A stretch of 40,993 nt of DNA from a bacterium (GTDB lineage: Bacteria; Cyanobacteriota; Vampirovibrionia; Gastranaerophilales; Gastranaerophilaceae), in the NCBI GenBank assembly GCA_017505585.1, contig JAFVOZ010000030.1, positions 1-40,993 on the forward strand, read 5' to 3'. The notes under the pieces are model-generated. The model was given only the letters and a program-made list of their open reading frames with translations. It ran no database searches and was not told the DNA's origin. Both the position numbers and the translations under genes were made by a program. Below, piece by piece: positions 19,184 through 28,868 of this stretch; within the stretch, counting starts at the first letter, position 1, and the number at the start of each line of letters is the position of its first letter.

Positions 19184-21055
19184 ATGTCAGAAATTTCATA
19201 TCAAAGCGCGGTTGAGCAAATCAAAAATTCACTTGATATAGTTGAAACTATATCAAAATATGTTGTGCTTAAAAAATCAGGTCATAATTATATGGGACTT
19301 TGCCCTTTTCACAATGAAAAAACACCTTCTTTTGTGGTGACATCGTCAAAACAAATTTTTAAATGTTTTGGCTGTGGTGCAGGTGGAGATGTCTTAACTT
19401 TTTTGATGAAATATCACAATCAAAATTTTTCTGAAGTTGTGCAAGAGCAGGCGAATATCTTGGGAATTGAGCTTCCAAGGGGTTTAAGTGCCGATAAAAT
19501 TGAACAAAGCAAAAAAGAAAAAGATACATTGTTATCTGCAGTAAATACTGCAATGAAGTTTTATCATAATAATCTTTTGAACAATAAAGGAGCGCTTGAA
19601 TACCTTGAAAAAAGAGGAGTAGGAGAGGTTGCTATAACTAAATTTAGACTTGGTCTTGCTCCAAATTCTAATGATGCTTTGGCATGTGAATTAAAAAAAG
19701 AATTTACAAAAGAGGAACTTTTAGATGCAGGGCTCGTCTCCGAAAAAGAAGGGAGGATATTTGACAGATTTAAGAATAGAATCATTATTCCGATTTTTGA
19801 CACTTATGATTCGCCCGTTGCGTTTGGTGCCCGTGCGATTATGGACGGACAAAATCCGAAATATCTAAATTCGCCTGATAGCAAAATTTATAATAAAAGC
19901 TCAATTTTATACGGACTAAATTCCGCAAAAGACGCTATTAAAGAGGCAGATTCCGTGATTATTATGGAAGGTTATTTTGATGTTATTTCGGCTCAAGTTA
20001 ACGGAGTTAAAAACACTGTTGCATCATGTGGTACTGCGCTTACGCCACAGCATATTAAGCTTTTGAGCAGATATACCCAATCAAGAAGAATTTACCTTGC
20101 GTTTGATTCGGATAATGCAGGAAGAAAAGCGGTTAAAAATGGCGGCGAAGTTATAAAACAAATTTTTGCAAATTTGGGTAATATCAAGCAATACGACTCA
20201 AATTACACGGACGCTTCATCAAATGTTTGCGAAATTCGTGTTGTACCTCAAATTGGTGGCAAAGACCCAGATGAAATAATAAGAGAATTTGGTGCTGAAG
20301 GCTACATAGAGCAAGTTAAAAATTCGCCTTTATACATTGATTACACACTTGAGCAAGCATTCGAACAAATGACTCCAGATATGACTCCGCAGGAAAAAGG
20401 GTCAATTGTACACCAAATAGCTGAAATTTTGGTAGAAATTAAAAATCCTGTTATTCTTGCCGAGTATATTAAAAACAGTGCCTTTAGAATAAAGGTTGAT
20501 GAACACATATTAAGAAAACAGATAAAATTGTTACAATCCGAAACATTTATAAAAACAGATAGCGAAGCAAATCGAAAAGTGGCGAAAGTTGTTGATAATA
20601 GCGCATCTTCAAGACACAAGAGAATGGAAGAAAATCTTGTGAAACTTGGACTTGTTGCGTCAACTCCTGAAAAAAAGGTGTATTTTCAACAATTAATTTC
20701 TGGCTACAAAGCCTTGGATAGCCTTAATTTCGACCTTCTTCGTGCCATTGACAAATTATTATGTGAGGTAAATAATAATAGTGAATTAGCAAAAAAAATT
20801 ATTTTGGAGTTTTGTAACGACACAGATATTCAAAAACAGGTTGTTAATTTTATATATTCCTCAAATGAGTATGAGAAATTGACATATCAAGAATATACAC
20901 AAGCTATGTGCGAAACTTTCGAGCGACTTAACAACATAGAGAAAGAAATAGATAAAGAGAAAATTCGCAATAAGTTTATGTCCCAAGATTTATCCGAAAA
21001 GGAAAAAATAGAAATTTCGAAAGAAATTTACGAGAAATACACCCTACAAAATTAA
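19184..21055 (+). CDS. dnaG: DNA primase
   Basis: Zinc-ribbon motif [13 protein letters not shown]...[11 protein letters not shown], the RNA polymerase core (RIIIPIFD) and a TOPRIM domain ([21 protein letters not shown]). Confidence 0.95.
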   Translation: MSEISYQSAVEQIKNSLDIVETISKYVVLKKSGHNYMGLCPFHNEKTPSFVVTSSKQIFKCFGCGAGGDVLTFLMKYHNQNFSEVVQEQANILGIELPRGLSADKIEQSKKEKDTLLSAVNTAMKFYHNNLLNNKGALEYLEKRGVGEVAITKFRLGLAPNSNDALACELKKEFTKEELLDAGLVSEKEGRIFDRFKNRIIIPIFDTYDSPVAFGARAIMDGQNPKYLNSPDSKIYNKSSILYGLNSAKDAIKEADSVIIMEGYFDVISAQVNGVKNTVASCGTALTPQHIKLLSRYTQSRRIYLAFDSDNAGRKAVKNGGEVIKQIFANLGNIKQYDSNYTDASSNVCEIRVVPQIGGKDPDEIIREFGAEGYIEQVKNSPLYIDYTLEQAFEQMTPDMTPQEKGSIVHQIAEILVEIKNPVILAEYIKNSAFRIKVDEHILRKQIKLLQSETFIKTDSEANRKVAKVVDNSASSRHKRMEENLVKLGLVASTPEKKVYFQQLISGYKALDSLNFDLLRAIDKLLCEVNNNSELAKKIILEFCNDTDIQKQVVNFIYSSNEYEKLTYQEYTQAMCETFERLNNIEKEIDKEKIRNKFMSQDLSEKEKIEISKEIYEKYTLQN

Positions 21056-21071
21056 GAATGGAGCTATTTTA

Positions 21072-22145
21072 ATGAGCAGAAGAAAAAATGCCGAAGATTC
21101 TATGGTTTCAGTAATGGACAAAAATCAAACCCCTGAAGAAGATAATTTTTATGAAAGCACAGGGTTAGAAACCGATAACATTTCAAACATTATCAGAAAC
21201 CAAGGTATAATGAGCATGGAAGGCACACTTTCAGGCGCGTATTTTGATTCAAGATCAGATGAAGAAGATGAAAATGGTTCTGATATTACTATGCCAAAAG
21301 GCATTTCAGTTGATGACCCTGTTAGAATGTATTTGCGCGAAATCGGAAGAATTAAGCTTTTATCTGCTGACGAAGAGATTGATTTGGCACGCAAAATTGT
21401 TGCAGGCGGTAAACTTGGTGCAATTGCAAAAAGAAAACTTGTTCAAGCGAACTCGCGTCTTGTTGTTTCAATTGCGAAAAAATATGTTGGTCGCGGAATG
21501 TTATTCTTGGACCTTATTCAAGAAGGTAATTTGGGCTTAATTCGTGCAGCTGAAAAATTTGACCACGAAAGAGGCTATAAATTCTCAACTTATGCAACTT
21601 GGTGGATTCGTCAAGCAATTACTCGCGCAATTGCAGATCAAGCAAGAACAATCAGAATTCCGGTTCACATGGTTGAAACAATTAATAAACTTAAAAAAGT
21701 TACAAGAAAACTTGCGCAAGAACTTGCTCGCAAACCGACCGAAGAAGAATTATCAGCAGAAATGGGAATTTCAATTAACAAACTTCGCGAAATTGTTAAA
21801 GTGGCACAAGAACCATTGAGCTTAGAGACTCCTGTTGGTAAAGAAGAAGACTCTCGTCTTGGTGATTTTATCGAAGATAAAGACGCTGATGCTCCGGTTA
21901 AAACCGTTGCACACGAACTTTTGAGAGAAGACTTGGCTGAAGTTTTATCTTCACTTTCTCCTCGTGAAAGAGATGTTTTGAGACTTCGTTTCGGTATGGA
22001 TGATGGTCGTCAAAGAACTTTGGAAGAAGTTGGTCAATTATTTGGCGTTACTCGTGAAAGAATCCGTCAAATTGAAGCAAAAGCACTTCGCAAACTTCGT
22101 CATCCAAATCGTTCTAAAAAATTAAAAGAATATATCGAAGTTTAA
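21072..22145 (+). CDS. rpoD: Primary-type RNA polymerase sigma-70 factor
   Basis: Region 2 ([48 protein letters not shown]) and region 4 ([40 protein letters not shown]) are present. GGAG lies 8 nt upstream of the ATG. Confidence 0.95.
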   Translation: MSRRKNAEDSMVSVMDKNQTPEEDNFYESTGLETDNISNIIRNQGIMSMEGTLSGAYFDSRSDEEDENGSDITMPKGISVDDPVRMYLREIGRIKLLSADEEIDLARKIVAGGKLGAIAKRKLVQANSRLVVSIAKKYVGRGMLFLDLIQEGNLGLIRAAEKFDHERGYKFSTYATWWIRQAITRAIADQARTIRIPVHMVETINKLKKVTRKLAQELARKPTEEELSAEMGISINKLREIVKVAQEPLSLETPVGKEEDSRLGDFIEDKDADAPVKTVAHELLREDLAEVLSSLSPRERDVLRLRFGMDDGRQRTLEEVGQLFGVTRERIRQIEAKALRKLRHPNRSKKLKEYIEV

Positions 22146-22167
22146 AATAATCACGAAAATCATATAC

Positions 22168-22206
22168 CAAAAAAAGCCCTGTTCGCAGGGGCTTTTTGGT
22201 TTTTTG
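22168..22206. terminator. Bidirectional Rho-independent terminator
   Basis: CCAAAAAAAGCCCTG-TTCG-CAGGGGCTTTTTGG forms a GC-cored stem with a TTCG loop. An A-tract lies 5' and a T-tract 3', so it reads as hairpin plus U-run on both strands. It lies between the rpoD stop and the pilin-remnant stop. Confidence 0.7.
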
Positions 22207-22223
22207 TCATATTCAAGACAAAT

Positions 22224-22469
22224 TTACATGTTTAGATATTTTTTGGCTCTTTGCGATCTTAGTCCAATACTGTAACCTCCGCTGATTGTTCTTTGGTATG
22301 GCTCAATCATGCCGTTTGGGTCCATGGCAACAAAAATTACATCGTATGCCTTTACGGTTTCTTGTTTTAGCATTGGGGATAAATTTGTAACAGTTGTTTT
22401 TGTTATACCGCAATTTATGTGAGTTCGGACAGTGCTCTTGATTATATATTGATCAATTCGAGAGCAAGC
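22224..22469 (-). pseudogene. 5'-truncated paralog (C-terminal remnant) of the adjacent prepilin-like gene
   Basis: Own translation of an 81-codon open stretch between TAG and TAA gives ACSRIDQYIIKSTVRTHINCGITKTTVTNLSPMLKQETVKAYDVIFVAMDPNGMIEPYQRTISGGYSIGLRSQRAKKYLNM*. It shares collinear motifs with the C-terminus of 22503..23114: C..C, TKTTV.N, KAYD.I, (D/N)G.(V/I) and KYL. It has no start codon, Shine-Dalgarno sequence or N-terminal methylation helix. Confidence 0.5.
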
Positions 22470-22502
22470 CTAAAATTTGGTTCAACACAAACTTAAACGA
22501 TA

Positions 22503-23114
22503 CTAGAGTCCACTTAATTCCGTGCCTAAATATTTCATACTTCTTGTGCCGATTATATTGCCATGGCCCCTTGCTCTGACTTTTCCGTCAGCTTCTACAC
22601 GGAGCCCGATAGTGTCATAAGCTTTTGCGTTTTGAAAACTCTGACTGTACCTCGTTACGGCATTTTCAACGGTTGTTTTAGTTGGTCCATCTGCACCGTC
22701 TAAATCAACAAATACCCAAGACGCGCACCCGAGAGGGTTAGCCCTTGTGCTTGGTGTTGTACACCTATCGGAATTATAAATGTAGTACACCATACCGTCA
22801 GGCGTTTGCGCAATTGTTGTGTTGTTCAGGTTATTTCTTTTTATAACCTTAAGAGTGTTTGTTCCGTCTTCTTCGCCGTCAATTATCCAATGCAGAAAAC
22901 CTACGTTTAAATCTCCTGGTCCAACTGGCACCGAAGCTATTTTTTGATCAATTGCGTTTTGTAATGTCGAAGCTGATTTTTTTGCAAGTGTTGCGAATTT
23001 CTTTTCGCTTGATTGTTGCATAACGGCGGGAATTGTAACCGCTGCAATGACACCTATAATTGCAAGCACCAAAAGAACTTCAGCAAGCGTGAATGCTGAT
23101 TTTTTATTTTTCAT
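22503..23114 (-). CDS. Prepilin-type N-terminal cleavage/methylation domain protein (type IV pilin / pseudopilin-like)
   Basis: MKNKKSA/FTLAEVLLVLAIIGVIAAVTIPAV is a class III signal with Glu at +5 and a hydrophobic helix. The ATG at 23114 is preceded by AGGTGG. The GTG codons at the track start are part of that Shine-Dalgarno sequence. Confidence 0.8.
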   Translation of the reverse strand: MKNKKSAFTLAEVLLVLAIIGVIAAVTIPAVMQQSSEKKFATLAKKSASTLQNAIDQKIASVPVGPGDLNVGFLHWIIDGEEDGTNTLKVIKRNNLNNTTIAQTPDGMVYYIYNSDRCTTPSTRANPLGCASWVFVDLDGADGPTKTTVENAVTRYSQSFQNAKAYDTIGLRVEADGKVRARGHGNIIGTRSMKYLGTELSGL

Positions 23115-23174
23115 AAACACCACCTGATTAATACCCTACGAATAATATGCCACAGTTTGCGACACGCGTAACAG

Positions 23175-24467
23175 TTATTTCAAAAGCGAATTAAATTTAT
23201 CCAAAAACTCCGGAAATGAGGTTTTATGCCATTCAAAGCCATCAATATTAATTGGATTTTCTGTGATGAGCCCTGCAATAAACCATGTCATAGCAAGCCT
23301 GTGGTCGCAGTATGTGTTAAGTGTTGCGCCACCTTGGAGCGGAGTTTTGCCATAAATTATAAGACCGTCTTCTTTTTCTTCAATTTTTGCGCCGAGTTTT
23401 GTAAGTTCATCGTGGACGGTTTTCAGTCTATCGGATTCTTTATTTCTTAAATCTCCCGCGTCTTTAATCACGGATATTCCTTCTGCTTGTGTCATAAGGA
23501 GTGCGAGTGTTGGAATTTCATCAATAAGTCTTGGAATAATATTTCCTGAAACAGTTGTTGCTTTGAGGTTTTCCGTATATTTTATTTTAAGACTCGCAAC
23601 TTCTTCGCCTGAAATTAGCTTCTTGTCTAAAATTTCAATATTTGCGCCCATGTCTAAAAGCACATCAATAATTCCTGAGCGAGTTTCATTCAGCCCAACA
23701 TTTTTGATGGTAATTTCGGAATTTGGAACAATAAGTGCCATAATTATAAAAAATGCGGCGGATGAAATATCCCCTGCAATGTATAAATCGTGGGCGGTGA
23801 GCTCCATTTTGCCAAATTTAATTAGGACTTTATCTTCAAGTTCTTTTGTTTCAATTTTTCCACCAAAATATTCAAGCATTCTTTCTGTGTGGTTTCTTGA
23901 AAGTGTTGGTTCTGTATATTCTAAAGGCAGATTTTGAGCAATGCTTGCAAGCATTAAACAAGATTTCACTTGAGCTGAAGCAAGTTTGCTTTCATATTTT
24001 ATAGGGTTTAATTTCCCGCCCGTGATTTTAAGTGGCGCGTGTCCTTCTGTTGTTTCAATGTGTGCACCCATTTCATTGAGTGGCACAGTCACTCTTTTCA
24101 TTGGTCTTTTTGTAAGGCTTTCGTCTCCGCATAATGTTGATGTGAAATTTTGGGCAGATAAAATACCTGACATAAGACGCATTGTGGTTCCTGAATTTCC
24201 GCAATCCAAAATACTTTTAGGCGCTTGATAGCAAGACGTAAAATCAACAAATAAAGTGCTTCCAACCTGTTCTATTTTTGCTCCTAGTTCAACCAAAATT
24301 TTAAGAGTCGAGGCGCAATCTTCAGCAGAGGAAAAATTTTCAATTTTCATTTTTCCTTTTGTGAGTGAACCAATAATTAATGACCTGTGCGAAATTGATT
24401 TATCTGCAGGGATTTCAATTTCGCCGTGCAACCCCTTATTTAATTTTTTGGTTTCAAAATTAGCCAT
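23175..24467 (-). CDS. aroA: 3-phosphoshikimate 1-carboxyvinyltransferase (EPSP synthase)
   Basis: IPADKSISHRSLI, CGNSGTTMRLMSG and DHRLAM are present. The ATG at 24467 overlaps the speE stop by 8 nt (ATGGCTAA). Confidence 0.93.
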   Translation of the reverse strand: MANFETKKLNKGLHGEIEIPADKSISHRSLIIGSLTKGKMKIENFSSAEDCASTLKILVELGAKIEQVGSTLFVDFTSCYQAPKSILDCGNSGTTMRLMSGILSAQNFTSTLCGDESLTKRPMKRVTVPLNEMGAHIETTEGHAPLKITGGKLNPIKYESKLASAQVKSCLMLASIAQNLPLEYTEPTLSRNHTERMLEYFGGKIETKELEDKVLIKFGKMELTAHDLYIAGDISSAAFFIIMALIVPNSEITIKNVGLNETRSGIIDVLLDMGANIEILDKKLISGEEVASLKIKYTENLKATTVSGNIIPRLIDEIPTLALLMTQAEGISVIKDAGDLRNKESDRLKTVHDELTKLGAKIEEKEDGLIIYGKTPLQGGATLNTYCDHRLAMTWFIAGLITENPINIDGFEWHKTSFPEFLDKFNSLLK

Positions 24468-25299
24468 TAGCAAGTTCTTTCACGAAGTTTGGAACTGCAA
24501 AAACTGCTGAGTGCAATTCTTTATTGTAAATTTTGCAAGTTTTTGCGATTTCATCAGCACGAGCAGAATCTACGCATGAATTGTTGAATGGTGGTTCAAC
24601 GTCATCAGAGCAGAAACCCCAAGACCAATATCCACCAGGGTATGTTGGCATTGGGCCGGTGTATGGTGCAACATATTTAAACACTTTACGAAGAAGTGCG
24701 TAAGTTTTTCTCATATTTTCGGATTGTGCAAACGGCCCTTCTGTTTGGGGAACAACAATGCCACCTTTTTTCATTGCACGTTTTAAGTTGCCGTAAAATT
24801 CTGTGTTAAAAAGACCTTCTCCCGGGCCAATAGGGTCGGTTGAGTCGATGAGTGCTATGTCATATAAATTTTCTTTTCCTTTGATAAAATCAATCGCATC
24901 TTGAACAAGCACTGAAACCTTAGGGTTATCTAATTCACCTGCAACTGTTGGGAAAAATTTTTTGCTTGCGTCAATTACCATACCGTCAATTTCAACCATA
25001 TCAATATGTTTCACGCATTTATGTTTTAATAGTTCACGAACGGTGCCACCGTCTCCACCACCGACAATTAAAATGTTTTCAGGATTTTTGTGAGTGAGCA
25101 TTGGAATGTGCGAAATCATTTCGTGATAGAAAAACTCATCTCTTTCGGTTACCATCATTAAACCGTCAAGCGTTAAAACATTCCCGAATGCTCTTGAATG
25201 AAAAACATCAACCGTTTGGAATTCAGATTTGCCTGAGAATAAATCTTTATCTTTTTCAATTGCTATGCCAAATCCTTCAGGTGTAATTTCGTGATACAT
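24460..25299 (-). CDS. speE: Spermidine synthase (polyamine aminopropyltransferase)
   Basis: SEFQ.V.VF.S..FGNVL.LDG, ERDEFFYHEM, VGGGDGG and DSTDPIGP motifs are present. Confidence 0.92.
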   Translation of the reverse strand: MYHEITPEGFGIAIEKDKDLFSGKSEFQTVDVFHSRAFGNVLTLDGLMMVTERDEFFYHEMISHIPMLTHKNPENILIVGGGDGGTVRELLKHKCVKHIDMVEIDGMVIDASKKFFPTVAGELDNPKVSVLVQDAIDFIKGKENLYDIALIDSTDPIGPGEGLFNTEFYGNLKRAMKKGGIVVPQTEGPFAQSENMRKTYALLRKVFKYVAPYTGPMPTYPGGYWSWGFCSDDVEPPFNNSCVDSARADEIAKTCKIYNKELHSAVFAVPNFVKELANG

Positions 25300-25371
25300 T
25301 TTTTCTCCTTGTTTAAAATTATTAAATATATTATACTGTAAAAAATTATTTTGGTCGGGTTTTATATAAAT

Positions 25372-25641
25372 ATGACAAACATTATTTCAAAATCTTTTGA
25401 ATTATTTGTGGCACAACCTTTGAGCTTGCTTAGAAATGCAATAGTTCAAATTGTCGGTATTCAAAGCGGTAATCCTCAAAACAAGTCTGTCGGTGTTTCA
25501 AGGGTTGGTAGAGATAAAATCCAAATGACCGTTGTCAATTCAGATAAAATGTGTAATTTGCTGATGACTGTTGCGTATAAAAAGAGATTATTAGCGGAGA
25601 AGAAATTAAATGAAAATCAAGCAGGCAAAGTTCATAATTAG
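25372..25641 (+). CDS. Hypothetical small protein (89 aa); coding status uncertain
   Basis: The ATG-initiated ORF has non-repetitive composition. It overlaps the engB start by 32 nt. No family recognised. Confidence 0.4.
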   Translation: MTNIISKSFELFVAQPLSLLRNAIVQIVGIQSGNPQNKSVGVSRVGRDKIQMTVVNSDKMCNLLMTVAYKKRLLAEKKLNENQAGKVHN

Positions 25642-26179
25642 TTCTCCAAATCTTGCATTGTGCCCTGATTTAAATTTGCCGGAGTTTGCACTTTTAGGGC
25701 GTTCCAATGTCGGAAAATCAAGTTTTATAAATGCAATTACAAGAAATGGAAAGCTTGCAAAAACATCGAATAAGCCAGGGAAAACAAGACTTATTAACCT
25801 TTTTCAGATAAATGAAGATTTTGTAATTGCAGACCTTCCCGGATATGGTTACGCCAAAGTTTCGCAAAGCACGCAGGCTGAATGGCAAAAGAATTTAGAG
25901 CAATATTTACTAAAGCGTGACGCGCTAAAATCTACAATTCAATTTATTGATGCTCGCCATGAAATCCAAAAAAATGATTTTCAAATGAATGACTGGCTCA
26001 AAGTGAATTCTGTTCCTGTTTTTGCGGTTATGACAAAATGTGACTATATCTCAAGAAACGAAGTTTTCACAAAAACTAAAAAAATTGAAAAATATTTTGA
26101 TTGCGTCTGCCTTCCTTTTTCTGTTAAAAATTCAATGTATAATGATGAAATTTTAAAACACATTGAATCTTTATTCTGA
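25610..26179 (+). CDS. engB: Ribosome-biogenesis GTPase EngB/YsxC/YihA
   Basis: PEFALLGRSNVGKSSFINA (G1), DLPGYGYA (G3) and TKCD (G4) are present. GGAG lies upstream. The gene ends TGA-TTT-TGA. Confidence 0.9.
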   Translation: MKIKQAKFIISSPNLALCPDLNLPEFALLGRSNVGKSSFINAITRNGKLAKTSNKPGKTRLINLFQINEDFVIADLPGYGYAKVSQSTQAEWQKNLEQYLLKRDALKSTIQFIDARHEIQKNDFQMNDWLKVNSVPVFAVMTKCDYISRNEVFTKTKKIEKYFDCVCLPFSVKNSMYNDEILKHIESLF

Positions 26180-26911
26180 TTTTGAGATTTCAAAGAAGAA
26201 TATCGAAGCGCATACCGCAAGATTCAAGGATTCAACAGTTTTTTTAATCGGAAGAGTAATGTTTTTATCCGAATAAGTAAGAATTTCCTTGCTTACACCA
26301 TTCGCTTCGGAGCCAAAAACAATTATAAAATTGCCTTTTGTGTCATCTTTTGATAATTCACATCCCCCTGATACAACTGTTGTAAGGAATTTGTGCGTGC
26401 TTTTAAAGCTTTTAAGGTCTGCATTTTCAAGAATCGGCATTTTGAAAATATTGCCCGCTGAAGCTCTTATTACCTTGGATGAATATGGATCAGTGGAGTT
26501 TCCTTGCAAAATTATCCCTTCTATTCCAAAAGCCTCTGCCGAGCGCAAAATTGTGCCAAGATTCCCTGTGTCCTTTATTCCTTCAAAAAGTGCTATTTTT
26601 TTGAAATTTAGAAAATCCGATGTTTTTGCTTTCGGTCTTTGGATGGTTGCAATAACAGGCGCAGGACTTTTTGTGGTGCTTAATTTTTCTAAAATTTTTT
26701 CATTTACCTTATATTTGTTTTGAGCATCATAATTAAACTTTTCAATTTCAAAAAACAGGTCGATAATTTTATGTCCAGCTTCAAGTGCTCCAAGCACGGA
26801 TTTTTCGCCTTCAAGAAGAATTTTTTCATCCCTGTTTTTTTTCATTACAAGTGAATATGTTTTTTTTACAATATCGTTATTAATGCTTGTAAGTTCAATT
26901 ATATTACTCAT
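26171..26911 (-). CDS. SpoU/TrmH-family RNA 2'-O-methyltransferase
   Basis: NLGTILRSAEAFG, IVFGSEANGVS and ESLNLAVCASIFFFE (SPOUT knot motifs) are present. The start overlaps the upstream stop (ATGAGTAA). Confidence 0.85.
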   Translation of the reverse strand: MSNIIELTSINNDIVKKTYSLVMKKNRDEKILLEGEKSVLGALEAGHKIIDLFFEIEKFNYDAQNKYKVNEKILEKLSTTKSPAPVIATIQRPKAKTSDFLNFKKIALFEGIKDTGNLGTILRSAEAFGIEGIILQGNSTDPYSSKVIRASAGNIFKMPILENADLKSFKSTHKFLTTVVSGGCELSKDDTKGNFIIVFGSEANGVSKEILTYSDKNITLPIKKTVESLNLAVCASIFFFEISKSE

Positions 26912-28454
26912 TTAGCCCCCATTCTTTTAGTGCTTCGAGCTCTTTTTCATCTAACATATCAAAATCAATTAGATTTTTTTCATAAGGAAATTTTGAAAAT
27001 GAACGAATTTTCTTATTTTTATCAAGATAGCAAGAATTTTCAAGTCTTATGCCAAATTCTCTTTCTTTATACAGCCCAGGCTCGATGGTGAATGCCATAT
27101 TCGGTTTTAGTTTGAAATTTTTATCCGTTGAAGGTGAAAGCGTCGGTGGCGCTTGATGAACATTTTGACCTATTCCGTGCCCAAGAGAATGCGAAAATTC
27201 AAAGCCCTTTGGTGCAACGCTATTAAGATAATCTCTTGCAATTTTGTCAAGCTCATAGGGCGATAAACTGCCTGATAGGTAGCTTTTGAGGTTAGCCTTA
27301 AGCACCATTGTGTAAACTTTTTTCAATTTTTTGCTTGCTCCAAATGGTGCAAAAACACGGGTGATATCTGTTGCATAACCTAAATCCCAAAAACCTCCGC
27401 AATCAAGCAAGATAACGTCATTTTTTTGAAGTTTTTTGTTTTTATCATAGTCGGAATAATGAATGCTTGCGCTATTTTCGCCTATTGCAAGCAATGTTTT
27501 AAAAGAAGGTGCAATTGCTCCTGCTTTTTTTAATTCTTCTTCAAAAATATCTTTAAGCTCGACTTCATTCATTCCCAATTCTATTTTTGAGCGGAAACCA
27601 GCAAGAGCTTTATCGAGCATTGAAAAAGCATATTTATAATGTTTCATTTCGCTTGCTGTTTTTATTGCCATAAGATTTGCAAGTTTGTCTTTTTTGATTT
27701 CTTTTGGGTGGGCAATGCATGTATAATCTTTTAGAGTTATGCTTTCTTTTTCAACAAGAACAGTGTTTTTTAAATTTTTTATGAAATTATTATATTTTTC
27801 AAGTGGTTGAATTTCGATAAAATCAAATTTTACGGGGAGTTTGTGGTTTGTGAATAAAACAGATTTTTCTGCAACATATAGTCTTGCTTCAAAGCAAGAT
27901 TTATAGTCATAGTCAAAGCCTCTTAAATCAAGCGTGTATGCGATTTTATCAAGATCTGTAATGAGATAATTGTTTTTGTATAATTTTTTTATTTTTTCAA
28001 ATTTCTTTTTTGTGTTTTCAAGGTTTCTGCCAATATATTTTAAAATAGAAGTTTTGTATTCGCTTTTTTCTTCACGGTCTGTAATTTCATAGTTTTTAAA
28101 GCATTTTGTATATCTTAAAAACCTTGCAAGACCTATGTTTTCATTAATTAAAATTTTTGCTTTTTTAGGAATTATTGCGCTAAATGCATCAGTTAATTTT
28201 TCGCCCATTTGAACTTTGTAAACGGATAAATTTTCGTTTGCTAAATTTTCTGCAGTAATATGGTATCTTGGGTCAACAAATAATGTAATTTTGCCGTTTT
28301 TATCAAGCAAGGCTTCGCCTTCAGTTCCTGAAAAACCTGTGATTTTTGCAAGTTCCGTATGGCTCCCGTGCTCTCTTGAAAATTCGTCGCAAGAATTTAA
28401 GAGTACATAATCTGCACCAAATTTAGCTATTTTTTCTAATAATTTATCTTTCAT
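26904..28454 (-). CDS. M24-family Xaa-Pro aminopeptidase
   Basis: The C-terminal pita-bread domain carries the metal ligands: LLDCGG..GYATDITR, HSLGHGIGQNVHQ, FTIEPGLY and GIRLEN. There is a long N-terminal creatinase-like region. Confidence 0.85.
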   Translation of the reverse strand: MKDKLLEKIAKFGADYVLLNSCDEFSREHGSHTELAKITGFSGTEGEALLDKNGKITLFVDPRYHITAENLANENLSVYKVQMGEKLTDAFSAIIPKKAKILINENIGLARFLRYTKCFKNYEITDREEKSEYKTSILKYIGRNLENTKKKFEKIKKLYKNNYLITDLDKIAYTLDLRGFDYDYKSCFEARLYVAEKSVLFTNHKLPVKFDFIEIQPLEKYNNFIKNLKNTVLVEKESITLKDYTCIAHPKEIKKDKLANLMAIKTASEMKHYKYAFSMLDKALAGFRSKIELGMNEVELKDIFEEELKKAGAIAPSFKTLLAIGENSASIHYSDYDKNKKLQKNDVILLDCGGFWDLGYATDITRVFAPFGASKKLKKVYTMVLKANLKSYLSGSLSPYELDKIARDYLNSVAPKGFEFSHSLGHGIGQNVHQAPPTLSPSTDKNFKLKPNMAFTIEPGLYKEREFGIRLENSCYLDKNKKIRSFSKFPYEKNLIDFDMLDEKELEALKEWGLNE

Positions 28455-28456
28455 AA

Positions 28457-28864
28457 TTAACCTGAAATATGCACTTTGATTATTTTTTGGTTTGGTTTGT
28501 TGTCAAAATCAATAAACACAATTTGGCTGTTTCCAAGGTCAATTTCGCCATTTTCAAAAGGAAGCGAAATGGAATTTCCAAGGAAAACACTCCTAAGATG
28601 TGCGTATGCGTTTGTGTTATATTTTTCATCGAATTGGTAGATTTTATCAACAGGGATAAATTCACCAATAATTTCATGTAAATCTTGAACAATCGGAACA
28701 CCTTTTGGCACCGCAACAACGCAAGATGTGAAATCCGGTGCAAAAATTTGCACAACACCTGACATTGTTCCTTGTTTTTTGACAGCTGATATAACAAGCC
28801 TTGTGATATCTATTGAATCATTGAATCCGCGAGAGGATATTTGAAATTTCTCAAATCTTCCCAT
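28457..28864 (-). CDS. YjbQ/UPF0047-family protein (divergent)
   Basis: IDITRLV...GVVQIF..., AYAHLRSVFLGNSISLPFENGEIDLGNSQIVFIDFD and KVHISG are collinear with the YjbQ family. Several family-typical residues (HTT, GTWQ) are substituted. Confidence 0.7.
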   Translation of the reverse strand: MGRFEKFQISSRGFNDSIDITRLVISAVKKQGTMSGVVQIFAPDFTSCVVAVPKGVPIVQDLHEIIGEFIPVDKIYQFDEKYNTNAYAHLRSVFLGNSISLPFENGEIDLGNSQIVFIDFDNKPNQKIIKVHISG

Positions 28865-28868
28865 AAAT

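Noticed and set aside
21244-21819. Alternative-frame plus-strand ORFs inside rpoD
   Set aside because: They are out of frame with the highly conserved sigma-70 reading frame and are artefacts.
26289-26723. 144-aa plus-strand ORF
   Set aside because: It is antisense to the SpoU/TrmH methyltransferase gene, which carries clear SPOUT motifs.
28469-28797. Two alternative-frame ORFs (28469..28681 on the plus strand, 28480..28797 on the minus strand) overlapping the YjbQ-like gene
   Set aside because: The YjbQ-like frame carries the family-collinear motifs and fits the operon spacing. The alternatives have no recognisable features.
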